Source: Octopus vulgaris
Lineage: Eukaryota
DNA: 64,000 nucleotides
Direction: 5' to 3'
Assembly (NCBI GenBank): GCA_951406725.2
Contig: OX597841.1
Span: forward strand, 18,352,001 to 18,416,000
Positions 13,606 to 28,191 of this stretch are shown here, piece after piece. The notes beneath the pieces were generated by a model. The model was not told the origin of the DNA. It worked only from the letters and a program-made list of their open reading frames with translations, and did no database searches. Position 1 is the first letter of the stretch; each line of letters starts with the position of its first letter. Made by a program: the position numbers and the translations under genes.

Positions 13606-13955
13606 CATCATCATCATCATCGTTTAATGTCCATTTCCCATGCTAGCATGGGTTGGACGGTTCGACCGGGGTCTGGGAAACAAGAAGGCTGCACCAGGCC
13701 CAGTCTGATCTGGCAGTGTTTCTACAGCTGGATGCCCTTCCTAACGCCAACCACTCCATGAGTGTAGTGGGTGCTTTTTACGTGCCAGGCAAGGCTGGCA
13801 AATGGCCACAATCGGATTGTTGCTTTTTACGTGCCACCAGGACGGAAGCCAGTCAAAGTAGTACTGGCATCGGCCACGTTCGGATGGTGCTTTTTATGTA
13901 CCACCGGCACAGGTATCCGACTACAATTTCCATTTGGTTTTTATTTGACGTTGAT
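13606..13955 (-). mobile_element. RTE LINE 3'UTR fragment with (gat)n tail
   Basis: Same sequence as the UTR attached to the RTE ORF at 31572-32665. Confidence 0.85.
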
Positions 13956-14269
13956 TCCCCCTATCGAGTATAGCTAGCTGAGTACCCCTTAATTGAGTAA
14001 TTAACTGCTAGCTAAGAAACATATTACTTCCACTCTCTCAATTAGTATTGTTATTCACATTCATAGCAACACAAGTTACTAACCATCAGTGATATAAAAA
14101 TATTTTTTCTGATATTCAAACTTTGATATGGAAAAAGCCTGCAACCTTCGACGCCAATGAAATATTCTTGTTCCTGAATGTTAATCTTTATACCCACCAT
14201 AGACTGCTCAAACCTTACAAACTTCCTACACTTAGATCCTTGGATCTTATGATTGTGTATACGTACATA

Positions 14270-14750
14270 GGCACAGGAGTGGCTGTATGGTTAGAAGCTT
14301 GCTTTCCGACCACATAGTTCCGGGTTCAGTCCCACTGCATGGCACCTTGGGCCTTTTTTTTATCCTATAGCCTTAGGCCGACCAAAGCTTTGTGAGTGGA
14401 TTTGGTAGAGTAACTGAAAAAAGCCCATCATATATTTAGGGAGAGTTTAGGAAAAAGGACAAAAGACGAAGACAGGTGGGGTACAAAACAAACAGGTGTA
14501 TTAGTATAACGCTCACATATATATATATATATGTATGTATTTGTGTGTCTGTGGTTGTCCCCTCACCACTGTCACTTAACAACTGATGTTGGTGTGTTTA
14601 TGTCCCCATAACTTAGCAGTTTGGTAAAAGAGACTGATAGAACAAGTACAAAGCTTACAAAGAACAAGTCTCGGGGTCGATTTGTTTGACTAAAGGCGAT
14701 GCTCCAGCATGGCCGCAGTCAAATGACTGAAACAAGTAAAAGAATAAAAG
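14270..14750 (+). mobile_element. SINE family A with an internal ~80-bp insertion
   Basis: Family match. The insert at ~14440-14516 resembles 25285-25340. Confidence 0.8.
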
Positions 14751-15251
14751 ACTACATACATGCGTGTATGTTTATATATACATACATACATATATATATA
14801 CACACACAGAGAGGCTTCTTTCAAATCCACTCTGCCAAATCCACTCACCATGGCCAAAGGTCAGTTGTAGAAGACACCCAAGATACCATAGAGTAGGAGA
14901 GAACCTGAGACCCCAGATTGGGAAGCTGGCTTCTTCAACACACAGCCTTGCCTCAGTGTTGCTATTTTATTAACTGACCCCAAAAGAATGAAAGGCAAAA
15001 GGGGCTTGATTAGTATTTGAACTCAGAGAGCCGTAATGAGAACCAATGGCTGCAAATTTATCTCAGGGAGGGAAGCAAGAACAAAAATGACCTCATCTCA
15101 ATTTGAACTCAGAAAATAAAGAACACCACAAAATATTGTTAATGTTTTTTTTTGTGTGTGTTTTTTTAGGTAAATAAAAAAAAAACTCAGGCACAAGACC
15201 AGAATTTTTTTTTTTTTGGGGGGGGGGGGATAATCATATCTGTTGATTTAA

Positions 15252-15816
15252 CCCTTAAGCATTCAAACCGGTGAAAATATTCCACCTGTTTTAGGTTCAA
15301 ACAGGCCAGATTCAGCCTCTTACACCTACCCTACAATGTCATTCTAAAAACAAACAGTCATGTCACTGAAATCTTGAAGCTACAAGATAATGCAAGACTA
15401 ATTTAAAACAATGTAAATAAATAAGCATTACATTTGATAGTGTGAACGCACATGGCTCAGTGGTTAGAGCGTCGAGCTTACGATTGTGAGGTTGAGAGTT
15501 CGAATCCCGGACTGGGTTGCATGTCGTGTTCTTGAGCAAGACACTTTATTTCACGTTGCTCCAGTTCACAGTTCACTCAGCCGTAGAAATGAGTTGTGAT
15601 GTCACAGGTGCCAAGCTGTATCGGCCCCTTTGCTTTTCCCTTGGATAACATCAGTGGTGTGAAGAGGGGAGGCTGGTATGCATGGGCGACTGCTGATCTT
15701 CCATAAACAACCTTGCCCGGATTTGTGCCTGGGAGGGTAACTTTCTAGGTGCAATCCCATGGTCATTCATGACCGAAGGGGGTCTCAGCAACACTTGACA
15801 GAGCAATCTGAAAGGG
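15252..15816. mobile_element. piggyBac-like MITE interrupted by a SINE B
   Basis: TTAA at 15248-15251 and 15817-15820 flanks ccctt...aaggg termini. Related fragments at ~1650-1868, 5935-6108 and 10376-10532. Confidence 0.7.
15441..15786 (+). mobile_element. SINE family B (body type 1)
   Basis: tRNA-like head atggctcagtggttagagcgtcg...gagttcgaatcccgg. Related copies at 36022-36232 and ~30750-30910. Confidence 0.85.
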
Positions 15817-15844
15817 TTAATATTCACTACCCTATTTTACCAAC

Positions 15845-16205
15845 TCCAAAAGAATAAATAGCAAAAAAGTATTTCACTGGTACTTTGTTTATTGACCCTG
15901 AAAGGGTGAAAGGCAAAGTCAACCTTGGTGGAATTTGAACTCAGAACATAAAGCCAGACAAAACACCGCTAAGCATTTTGCCCAGCATGCTAACGATTCT
16001 GCTAGCTGGCCACCTTAATTTTTTCTACTCAAGGCAAAAGGCTGGAAATTTTAGGGGAGGAATAGAGTGACCCCAGTGCTCAACTGGTACTTGTTTTATT
16101 GACTTTGAAAGGATGAGAAATGAACTTGAACTCACAATGTAAAGATGGAGGAAATACCACTAAGCTTTTTGTGCACTAATAATTCTGTCAGTTCACCACT
16201 CTAAC

Positions 16206-16243
<38 letters not shown>

Positions 16244-16710
16244 TAATAAATCTCTAAATGATACGGCATAGAAAGTGTGTCAATAGCCAGCTGGAGAAGA
16301 TGTTCTCCTGGGGCTACAAGCTACAGTAGCATCCACCCTTAGTGGTTAGCCACATTTAAGTGGCAAATATACTTCACATATAATAATAATAATCTTTTCT
16401 ATTAAAGGCAGAAGGCCTGAAATTTTGGTGGAGGGGGCCATTCGATTACATCAACTCTAATGTTTCATGGTACTTAATTTATCAACCCCAAAAGGATGAA
16501 AGGCAAAGTCCACCTTGGTGGCAGAACAATAATATTAACAATCCTTTCTACTATATACACAAGGTCTGAAATTTGGGGCAAGGGGGCTGGTTGATTACAT
16601 CAACCCTAGTATTCAACTGGTAGATATTTTATCAACCCTGAAAGTGGTGGGATTTGAACTGAGAATGTGAAGACAGATGAAATGCCAAGGATTCTGTTAG
16701 CTCACCACCC
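15845..16710 (-). mobile_element. cluster of SINE family D fragments (Meta/Sauria-like central domain, inferred)
   Basis: Repeated aaaggatgaaaggcaaagtc..ggaatttgaactcagaac. Fuller copies at 38665-38893, 42187-42400, 42505-42672, 45252-45458 and 56060-56262. Confidence 0.7.
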
Positions 16711-16735
16711 TTAAACGATAATGGTTTCTAATTTA

Positions 16736-16987
16736 CATTATTTACATTTGATGGATATTTCTCCTCATCTTGTTTGTTGTTAACACAACGTTTCGGCTGA
16801 TATACCCTCCAGCCTTCTTCAGGTGTCTTGGGGAAATTTTGAACCCGGGTTCTCCTTCTGGAATAAGAAACCAGGTCCAAAATTTCCCCAAGACACCTGA
16901 AGAAGGCTTGGAGGGTTTATCAGCCAAACAATTGTGTTAACAACAAACAAGATGAGGACAAATATCCATCAAATGTGAATAATGTAC
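16736..16987. mobile_element. head-to-head inverted pair of the hammerhead-bearing element seen at 63-295
   Basis: 16736-16855 is the reverse complement of ~16865-16987. The second hammerhead (16892-16938) is degenerate. Confidence 0.85.
16782..16827 (-). ncRNA. minimal type I hammerhead ribozyme (intact core)
   Basis: Minus strand gacac-CTGAAGA-a-ggctgg(agggtata)tcagcc-GAAACGTT-gtgtt. Stem III is reduced to the palindrome AACGTT. Confidence 0.85.
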
Positions 16988-18046
16988 ACAGTTCCTCATC
17001 GCTTAAATATAAAATGGAATGTTTTCCAATTTAGGCACAAGGCCAGCAATTTTGAGTGGAGAGGATTAGCTGATTATTTTGATCCCAAATGGATGGAAGG
17101 CAAAGATGATCTCAGCAGGAGTTGAGCTCAGAGCAAAAAGAACCACGAGTAAATACCATAATGCATCTTTGGGGCCTGACGTTCTAACGATTCTATCAAA
17201 TAATAATGCTAATAGGCTTTTGTAAGAGAGGCATGAAGCCAGTATTTGGTGGTGGGGGACAGAGATGGTGGGTTAAATCAACCCAATACTTCACTACAAA
17301 AGCTTGAAACACAAAGTTTGACCTCGGCAGAATTTGAACTCAGAACAGGTACCACCGAGGCATTTTTATCCAACAGCTCTCAAGGCCAGAAAATTGGGGG
17401 AATGGGTTAGTCGATTCACCAGAGTTTTTATTTGATCGATACAGAAGGAAGAAAAATAAGGTCGAGGTCGGTCTTTGAGAACTACATTCCGAGTTCAAAT
17501 CCAGGCTGCTGGAATTGAACACCGAAAGAGGAAGAAAATATTGTCAAGCTTTTTAGACAGGCCATCTCGTGTTTTGTTAAAATTTCGGTACCATGGTTGT
17601 AAAAAGAAAAATAAGGATAATAAGAATAATTTCTATATAACAATATATGAAAAGACTAGTTGTAGAAACGAATAAAAAATTTTGTTTAGCACTTGGGCTA
17701 GTTCTGATCACGTAGTCAGGCATACGATCAAAAACAATCCATCAACGACCACCACATCGTTTGCTAGATTTTGAAATTAGATTGCTCTTTATGTCCTCGC
17801 TTTAAATTATAACTGAAAACGATGTGATTTTTCAGCAGATCCCGGTTGTTGTTTCAATCAGATCGAAGCACCACGGAGGGGTCCGCACCAGTTGCAGTGT
17901 TGTGGAGTGAATGCTTCTTCGTGAATCCTTTGCAGCCGTATTTCGAAAGCACGATTGCCGATGATACGCCTCGAATCAGTGGAACCAGCCTTAGTAAATA
18001 ACAAGCACCGACTCATTCTGAAAAGCCTGCACGTTTCACACAAATA

Positions 18047-18097
<51 letters not shown>

Positions 18098-18182
18098 ATA
18101 TATTCCATCTTCCGGCTTTCATTTGCCATTTAAAGATATATATACACATACAAAGATATTCATATCTATATACATGCATACA

Positions 18183-18397
<215 letters not shown>

Positions 18398-18596
18398 ATG
18401 AAACATGGCTTTCTAATCTATATCGTTAATACATATTATATATATATATGGGAGTGTGAAATATATCTAGATATAGATCCGTGTATATATATATATATGT
18501 GTGTGTGTGTGTGCGAGTGAGAAAGAAATAGATTCATGTGTAGATGTGCATGAGTGTGCGCGCGCGCAAGTATCTGTGTGTGTGTGTATATATATA

Positions 18597-18663
<67 letters not shown>

Positions 18664-18801
18664 AGAAAGCAATGCGGATACTCACGTTATCTCTAGCAAG
18701 TAACCTTTTCCGCCAGGAAAAAAAACCAAAAAAAAAAACCTAAAAAGCATGCAGACACACACACACACACATAATCACACACACACATAGTCACACACGC
18801 A

Positions 18802-18840
<39 letters not shown>

Positions 18841-18920
18841 GGTCGCGAAGCAATGCGATGAAAATCTCTATCATCAAATGTAATATGTGGTGATTGGTAC
18901 AAGGCTAGGCCAAGAATTTT

Positions 18921-18969
<49 letters not shown>

Positions 18970-20388
18970 TGTATGTATACGTGTGTGTGTGTGTCTTATA
19001 TACAAACATAGACTAGAACACCAAGTATGGCATATTTCATATTATTTATGGGAGCCGACGAGGGAAACCGCTATTTTGACCCAGGACCTACAAGAAATAG
19101 CAGCCAAATCTCACCTAATTCTCTTATGTGTCTATGTGAGTGTGCGCGCGAGCGTATATTATAATATCTAACGATAAAATTTTCTACTTGGTAACTAAAC
19201 ATGCTAGAAACAGCAGTTAAATTTCCCTCGTATCACACCTAATTCTATGTATGTGTGTCTATGTGAGGTGTGTGAACAAGCGTGTGTATTATATGAGTTA
19301 ACGATAGGGATTTCTACAGAGTAGCTAACCATGCTAGAAACAGCAGTCAAATCTCACCTAACTGTTATGTATTTATGTATTTTATTATGAGCCAACGAAG
19401 AGGGGGGGGTTACAGGATAACTAAACATGTCAGAAATAGTAGCTAAATCTTCCTCATACTTCACCATACTGCCTCGAAAATAAAAATAAAAGAAAAAACA
19501 GGAATGACATTTTTGATAATGTAGCCTTCGGCAATCCGTATCCGTCAAAAATAGACGAGTTGGTCACGGTTGGAACATATTCGATCATAGATTTCCTCGA
19601 CTGAAGCTGGCCTATGGTGCTAAACAATAACATTTACCACCATTATTCTTGCCACCAGTCCAAAATCTCTGGCCTTCTGCCTGTATTACAAATTATCCTG
19701 ACTGCTATTTCTTACACTTCTAAAATCAGTATTTACCATTTTAATATGGCTAATTATTTTTAAGTACAGTTCTTGTTATTAACATTATTATTAATAATAG
19801 TTATGGTCGGTGTATTTGCTGTTAATAAATAATGTAGTATTAATTATTAGCGCAGTGTGGAGAGAGAGAGAGAGGCTGGCTGTATTTTCTTTTGCTTCAA
19901 CCATCACAATCATCGTATACATTTGGCCTTCCTCGCTCTACAATATACACACACATGCCTAAAGGGGGAGGGTGCTATTTCTAATAGGTCTAGCAGCAAC
20001 GTAGAGGACTCCCTCGATGGCTCATACACACACACATATATATATCTATAAACATACATACATACATATATATAAATATATATATACACGCGCACTACCA
20101 CACAAGCAATTAAGACAGCAAGGGTGATTTGAGGCAGACTTGGCTGCTATTTCTACTTCTCGTTACTATGTATAAAGATCTTCCTAACTGCCTTATATGT
20201 ACATAAATATATATATATACCCTACACATGACTGACCATAAGGATATAATGAGGGGGAAGGTTAAGGTTGCTATTTCTTGCAGTTCCACTGACGGCGAAG
20301 TCTTTCTTCCTGGTTGACATCAACCACAAGACCACAAAATTTCAGTTTGTGTATATAGGAGGAAAATAAGTGGAGGGAACGAGAACTA

Positions 20389-20447
<59 letters not shown>

Positions 20448-21094
20448 ATGTATTGAACACCCTCTCCTTTCTCATGATTGATTGATATCTATTTTATCAA
20501 CCACGTAAGGATGGCAGAAGGCCACAAAATTTTGTAATGGTAAAAGGTTGAAGTTTGTTAGCCGAGGTTAGCCCTAAATCGAGCAGGACTTTATTAAAAA
20601 TAATACCAATAATGACCATCTCTCCATGCATTATAGATAGAGAGACGTGGTAGAGAGGGGGCTGCATTATCTAATGTGTCCTTTCTTTAAAACAATAGGG
20701 CGTAATTTCAGGGAGATTTGGCTTATATTTCTAGCAGGTTGAATCACCACAATGAGATTTCAATGTTGGCTGCTTTTTCTAGCAGGACTGATGACCACAG
20801 AAGCTTTTTCTTTGGCTCAAGAAGGAGTGGTTAAGATTACACTTCAGATTTTTCCAGTTTTCTAGGGAAATCCTGGTCGGCTTGCAAAGCTTTGAGGAGT
20901 GTATACTACAATATACATGCATGCATAGATACACTTATTTAAGAATGTGCTTGTGTGTATGGGAGGGAGAGAGTGGGTGTTAGAGTAAAATATATATATT
21001 ATGGATCATACAAGAAATCAGAAAAAAATCATAGACACGAGATTATGTGTGTGTGTATATATATAGAGAGAGTGAGAGAGAGAGACCGCTATAT

Positions 21095-21176
21095 ATACAT
21101 ACAGACAGACAGATAGGTAGATAGACAGAGAGAGAGACAGAGAGATAGATAGAGATATAGATAGATAGATAGAGAT

Positions 21177-21233
<57 letters not shown>

Positions 21234-21262
21234 GATAGAGAGAGAGAGAGATAGATAGACAG

Positions 21263-21325
<63 letters not shown>

Positions 21326-21438
21326 CAGATAGAGAGATAGACAGACAGATAGATAGATAGATAGGTAGATAGATATATAGATAGATAGATAGACAGAGAG
21401 ATAGATAGACAGAGAGATAGATAGAGAGATAGACAGAT
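21095..21438. repeat. (GATA/GA)n microsatellite
   Basis: Direct inspection. Confidence 0.95.
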
Positions 21439-21719
21439 CAGTTCACAGTGTTAACACTGCCTCGGATCGCGGGTTGTGATGTGCAGAAACAAACAAGCAG
21501 ATATTTCCAAAACGAATCTATATATATATATATATGAGATGGCTGTACATACCTATATATCTCTCATTACTACTTTTTTTCCTTGGTTGGGTTATTTTTT
21601 CGTCTCTTGTCGTTTGGCTCAAGCCAAACCTTTTACCCGTTTATCCGCCGGATTAAAATCAAACTTGTGGCATCGCTTCGTTAGTGACCGGAAGAAAAAC
21701 CAACGAACATGTTTCAGGC

Positions 21720-22736
21720 CTTCCTCCTTGCCCTTCTCACTCCCTATTCTCCCGCGCTCTTTCTCTCTCTCTCTCTTACACTACCGTCTTCTCCCGCGCG
21801 CTCTCGCTCTCTCTCTCACTCACTCTGTTCTTGTCACCCTCTCTCTCTCCCCTACTCTGCCCTTCCTCTCGCTCTCTTTCACTTCCTATCTCCTCCTACT
21901 ATCCTTTTCTTTCTCTCTCTCTTTACCTTTCATTTCGCTTCTGCTCCCCTCTCCCATATCTGCTTATATTTTTAGTCCTTCCTCCTTCTCCTCCTAACTC
22001 TTCTCTTCTCGCTTCTGCTACTCCATCTTATATCTTCTGTCTTACTTTTTCTCTCAGCCTCATAGTCTTACCTTTTCTTTACTCTTCCTTAACCCCCTCC
22101 TTATTTGTCATCGACTTTTTTCACCCTTTCGCTGCATTCCCCTCCTCCCCTTTTTATCAACACTTTTCTTTCCTCTTCCTCCTCACTCTTCACCCTTTTC
22201 CCTCCTACCCTAATTCTCTTCCTCCACCTTCCTTACGTCTGTCTTTTTGCATTCTTTTTCGTCTTTTTACTCTATTTTTCGTCCTGGTTCTCTCCTCTTC
22301 CTTCATCTCTTTCTCCCACCTTTATATTCATTCTCTGCCTTTACTCACTGCACTCTCTCCTCCCCAATCACCAACCCTCTTTTATCTATGTTGTTTCTCT
22401 TCAGATTCTTTACTCACTCTCTCTATTAATCTGCCTCTCTCCCCTTACCTCTACTTCTTTATTCCCTCTTTCCACTTCGTTCCGTTTTAAACATTATGTC
22501 TCTCTCTCTCTCACTCTCTTTCTCTCCCTTTCTTTCTCTCACTCTGTCCTCTCTATATCTATCTATATGTATATCTGTCTATCTGTCTTTCTATACATCT
22601 ATATAAATCTCTCTCTCTATCTTTCTATATATCTGTCTATCTTTCTCTGCCTCTCATTCTCTTTCCTTTCTCTGTCTGTCTGTTTATTTTTCTCGTTCTC
22701 TCTTTTAACTTTCTCTTCTCCTCTATCTACTTATCT

Positions 22737-22779
<43 letters not shown>

Positions 22780-23392
22780 TTCTCTCTCTCCCTTTTATTC
22801 ATCCCTCTCTTCCTTGACTCACTTCTCTGCAGCCCCCCCCCCCCTACTTCGTTCTCCTTTGTTAAATCCTTCATTTTTCTTCTCTAATTCCCCAGTCTTT
22901 TCCAGCTTCTCTCTTTTCTTTCATTCTTTCAAATAATCTTTCTTCTGTCTTTTACATTTTTCTTTCAGGCTTTTATTTCCTTCTCACCTTCTTCCTCGTC
23001 TTTTTTCCTCTCTCTCATTCTTCTTAAGCTGCCTCTTGTCTCTTTTTCTCCTCTTTCTGTTTCTTCTTCATTATCCCCCCCCCTCCTTTTTTTTAGCTTC
23101 TGTCTCATTTCTTCTCATTACTTTAAATTTTCTCTTCTTCTTCTTCTTCTTCTCCTTCTCCTTCTCCTCCTCCTCCTCCTCCTCTTTCCCTTGTTCTTTT
23201 AAAACATTCTCTTTCCTCCTCGTTCACATGCTTCACTCTGTCCCTTTTCCTTCTTTGTCTTCTGTATCTTCTTTCTCTCTTTCTTCCCTTGATTTTTCTT
23301 CCTTTTTTTACTCATTTTTCTTCCTATTTTTCCTCTTTTTATTCTTCCTCTTTTTTCACATTTATCCTGTTTTTTTTTTGTTTTTTTTTTTA
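21720..23392. repeat. ~1.7-kb polypyrimidine low-complexity tract
   Basis: Almost G-free on the + strand. The overlapping F/S/L ORFs are artefacts. Confidence 0.9.
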
Positions 23393-23979
23393 CAATGTTT
23401 GCTTCCCGACCACGTGATTCTAGGTTCAGTCCCACAGAGTGGCTCCTTGAGCAAGTGTCTTCTACTATAACCTCAGCTCAATCAAGGCCTTGAGAGGGGA
23501 TTTGGTAGATGGAAACTGAAAGAAGCCCGTCATTTATGTGTATGTATATGTCTATGTGTTGGGCTTCACTGCTCTGCATGAAGGATTGTGAGGTCCACTC
23601 ATACCAAAGCCAGGTTTAAGCCTAAGGCAAACTACTGACAGCTTACAGCCTTACAATCCACAAGGACCATGAAATAAGTGACAAGTATATACGCTTTCAA
23701 ATTCTAGTTTGTTTCCCAAACCACACAGTTCTAGGTTCAGTCCCACAGCATGGCACCTGGGGCAAATATCTTCTACTATAGCTTTGGGCCAACCACAGTC
23801 TTGTGAATGGATTTGGTAGACAGAAACTGAAAGAAGCCCATCGTATATATATATATATATGTGCTGTGGTTTTACTGGGATCTCCCTTTTAAGTAGAAAG
23901 AATAGCCATAACTCTTTGACTGCTATTTCTAAATTCGGTGTGTGGTGAGGCAAATCGTTGCTAAACCCTCAATTACTTA

Positions 23980-24013
<34 letters not shown>

Positions 24014-24029
24014 ATATATATATATATAT

Positions 24030-24622
24030 ATCATCATCATTTGGCGTCCGTTCTCCATGCTAGCACGGGTTGGACGGTTCAACTGGGGTCTGGGAAGCCA
24101 GGAGGCTGCACCAGGCTCCAGTCTGATCTGGCAGTGTTTCTACAGCTGGATGCACCTTCTTACGCCAACCACTCCTTGAGAGTCGTGGGTGCTTTTTACA
24201 TGCCACCCGCACAGGTGCCAGACGGGGCTGGCAAACGGCCACGATCGGATGGTGCTTTTTACGTTCCACCGGCACGGGGGCCAGGCGAGGTTGGCAACGA
24301 CCACGAACGGATGGTGCTTTTTACATGCCACCGGCACGAGGCCAGTTGGGGTGGCGCTGGCAACGGCCATGTTCGGATGGTTCTCTTTCCTCCTGGAATT
24401 TCCATTGATGTTGATCGATTTCGATTCCGATTCTCACTTGCCTCAACAGGTCTTCACAAGTAGAGTTTTGTGTCCCAAGAAGGAAAGGTATGCATAAGTG
24501 GACTGGCTACATCCCATGTAGAGGCCACGGGTTATGGTCTCACTTGTCCTGCTGGGTCTTCTCACGCATAGCATACTTCCAAAGGTCTCGGTCTCTAGTC
24601 ATTTCCTCAGTGAGACCTAAAG
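24030..24622 (-). mobile_element. 5'-truncated RTE LINE (ORF end + 3'UTR)
   Basis: High identity to 31572-32230, with a (gat)n tail. Confidence 0.9.
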
Positions 24623-24649
24623 ATATATATATATAGATAGATATGTATT

Positions 24650-24860
24650 ACTCTTTACTCTTTTACTTGTTTCAGTCATTTGACTGCGGCCATGCTGGAG
24701 CACCGCCTTTAATCGAGCGACTCGACCCCGCACTTATTCTTTTGTAAGCCCAGTACTTATTCTATCGGTCTCTTTTGCCAAACCGCTAAGTAACGGTGAG
24801 ATAAACACACCAGCATCGGTTGTCAAGCTATGCTAGGGGGACAAACACAGACACACAAAC

Positions 24861-24901
<41 letters not shown>

Positions 24902-25068
24902 TACGACGGGCTTCTTTCAGTTTCCGTCTACCAAATCCACTCACAAGGCTTTGGTCGGCCCAAGGCTATAGTAGAAGACACTTGCTCAAGGTGCCACACA
25001 GTGGGACTTAATCCAGAACCATGTGGTTGGTAAGCAAGCTACTTACCACACAGCCACTCCTGCACCTA
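24650..25068 (-). mobile_element. SINE family A, full length
   Basis: Family match. Confidence 0.92.
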
Positions 25069-26801
25069 TATATATATATAGATATATATATATAAAAGAA
25101 ATAATTGAGATTCAGTTGAATTAGGTACTTAAGTTGAAGCACCAAGTCAGTCCGGTATTATCACACAGCTCGAAGTAAGGTGAATAGAATCAAAATAAGC
25201 AACTTGATACCCTGCTGCTTATTTTTGAATATATATATATGTTTGTATGTATGTATGTATGTATGTGTATATATATAGTTCAAATTTACAGAAAACAAAA
25301 GACAAAGACAGGTGAAGGAACAACAGGCAGGTGTATTAGAGAGAATTGAGAATAGAAAAAAAATTTGCAGGGATTAACAGTTCAACATGATGAAATATAT
25401 AAATATATATATATTCAAAATGTGACCGCGTGTGTACCGTTGGTGATTTTTTTTCCTCTGTCTTCCTTTCTTTGGATCTTTCCTTTTCCGCTCGAAACGT
25501 TAGACCCTCCTTTCTTTCCATTCCTGAGCGTCCAATAATACTATACTTGTTCCAAGTCCTCGCATTGTTGTGTTTTCATGTTTGGTTTAACTATATATGG
25601 CAGTGCCCCAGCATGGCCACAGCTCATGAGCTGAAACTGGAAAAATCAAAAATCAATCATACATATATATACAAAGTAAGATAGGGGTTATGGGTGTAAC
25701 CCACTATGGGATATCAGTTATCCAATATACTGTTGGTAAAGTACCCAAATACTAAATACATAAATGCTTATAATTGCAATGCAATTAATTCATTTATTGT
25801 ATTGAATGAGTGAAGGTAAAAAATATTTGTAAATTCATAATACAAATAAGACAATGGAGAAACAAATTCATTTCGGTCATCAACTTACAAATATTACAAT
25901 TTCACAATATTTATTAATTATACAAATGGGAACATCAAAATCGAACAAAACAATATACATCAATATGTAATATAATAATAAAAATAAAAATAATATAAAT
26001 AAACTGCTCCTTACAGCTGTTTCAGCCTATAGTCAAGAGTCAGTTCAACTTGCCTGTAGATACCATTTTGAATTTTAGTGCCCCCTTTCAACAGTTTTTC
26101 TCATGAACTAATGGGAGGCAGACTTTCTGTTTAACCCGGAGTAATTGTGGAAACCTCTGACAAGAAACAAGATCATGTTGATCAAATTTCGAAATCACAT
26201 GATAAGGTTTTATCAAACTACTTCATTCTGTGAGTTTATCTCACCAAAGAAAGATGCTGTGTCCTACTGCTCACAGTCCCGAATATTTCATGAGGTTAGT
26301 GCTTTTGTGTTGCTGTTCAAGTTTAAATTTTAGCTCTTGTTTCTTGCAATTGGAGGTGCTATTTTGAACCCTTGTTTATCAATTTTTACCTTTTTGGCTT
26401 TAATTGCTATGCCCACCTATATTATAATGTATTTAATATATCTTTATATATATATATATATCATCATCATCATCATCATCATCATTTAGCGTCCACTTTC
26501 CATGCTAGCATGGGTTGGATGGTTCAAATGGGGTCTGTGAAGCCAGAAGGCTGCATCAGGCCCAGTCTGATCTGGCAGTGTTTCTATGGCTGGATGCCCT
26601 TCCTAATGCCAACCACTCCGTGAGTGTAGTGGGTGCTTTTTATTTATATATATATGTGTGTGTGTGTGTGTGTATATTTTTTATTTATATATATATATGG
26701 TAAATCCAAAATAGAAGAACATATACAAAAGAAAAAACAACAACGCATGGACGTAGTACATGTAAAGTATTAGCAGACACTCAGGGAAGGAAAGAAAGGT
26801 G

Positions 26802-26837
26802 GTTTAACGTTTCGAGCAAATGCTCTTCTTTGGAAAC
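26802..26837 (-). ncRNA. decayed minimal hammerhead motif
   Basis: Minus strand gttt-CCAAAGA-a-gagc(attt)gctc-GAAACGTT-aaac. Stems are intact and the 5' core is altered. A related 3' half lies at ~25490-25505. Confidence 0.5.
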
Positions 26838-27396
26838 AGAGGTAGACGCAGGAAGCTGTTTCACAAGTTGGTGAAATAGGATCTTCAGTTGTTGAGTTTC
26901 AAAGTCAATGACAACTGACACTTCTGGCAATTTACTTCGCTTGAGAAGATATGTGAAGCTCAGTAAAATTGTGGTTGTGGCCAGTGCTGGAGAGACATAA
27001 AAACATAAAAGGTTTGTGTTAGAAAGGGCATCGAACTGTAGAAACCAACCCAAACAGATGACTGGAGACTGATGCAGCTCTCCAGCCACCAGTTCAAGTC
27101 AAACACACTCACAAGGCAGTTATAGAGAATATGCTGTATGCAACTATAAAATATACTTTGTGGTTGCACAATTCTCCAAACACTTCATTATTCATAATAA
27201 TATATACTCCAAACGATTTTTAGCATCCACCGAAACATACATGGAATTACCCATCGGAAGAATTACATGGAGTGGCATGCAACAAATTATAGTCACAGAC
27301 ACTAAATACTGATCTTTGCAGTTAGCTGTTAACTGGAGCCTAACTGAGAGCTAATACGGTATCCACCCGGATAATAGATCCCTCCAATCTCACTTT

Positions 27397-27439
<43 letters not shown>

Positions 27440-28153
27440 TTCATTTAATTCATTTAATTCATTTAATACATTTAAGTAAAATTACATTTAATTCATTAAT
27501 AGCGAAACAATTGTCCCAAATTAATCTGTATTTTTGTTATTTTTTATTTGCCCTGTCCGTGTGAGCTAACAATCGTACTGACTTTCATGGGAAACATGTA
27601 TTTTTGTGGTTGAAACCTTTTGGATTAACTGGTGCTAGAGTGAGCCATATAGTGACCACTCTCTTATATTTATTTTATATATATATATATATATATGTAT
27701 ACACACACACATATATACATATATATACATATACATATATATATGCACACATACACACCTATATATTTATATATATATATATATTTAAATAATGAGGGAG
27801 ATAAATTGAATATTAATTTAATTAATATCAATTTAAAACCAGCAGCCTAACATATAAAGAATTTGAAAAATCAGAGAAAATTTCAATACATGTGTATATT
27901 TAGGGCTAAAAAACCACTTTCTCTGGAGAACATTCTTTCTTTGTAGTTAGGTCGTAGGTGATCTTCTTCTATCATATGGCTATCCACATAGTGGTTTTTT
28001 AGCCCTAAATATACACATGTATATATATATGTATGTATGTATATATCTGTATGTATATATATATATAGATATATCCGTGCTAGCGCGGAAAACGGACGTT
28101 AAACGATGATGATGATGATGATATATATATATATATGTATGTATGTATATATA

Positions 28154-28191
<38 letters not shown>

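Noticed and set aside
15441-15515. tRNA gene candidates (also at 63, 8605 and 36022)
   Set aside because: There is no complete cloverleaf or acceptor stem. Each continues into a repeat body, so they are SINE heads.
21476-23470. 170-270 aa F/S/L-rich ORFs
   Set aside because: The polypyrimidine tract is depleted of stop codons.
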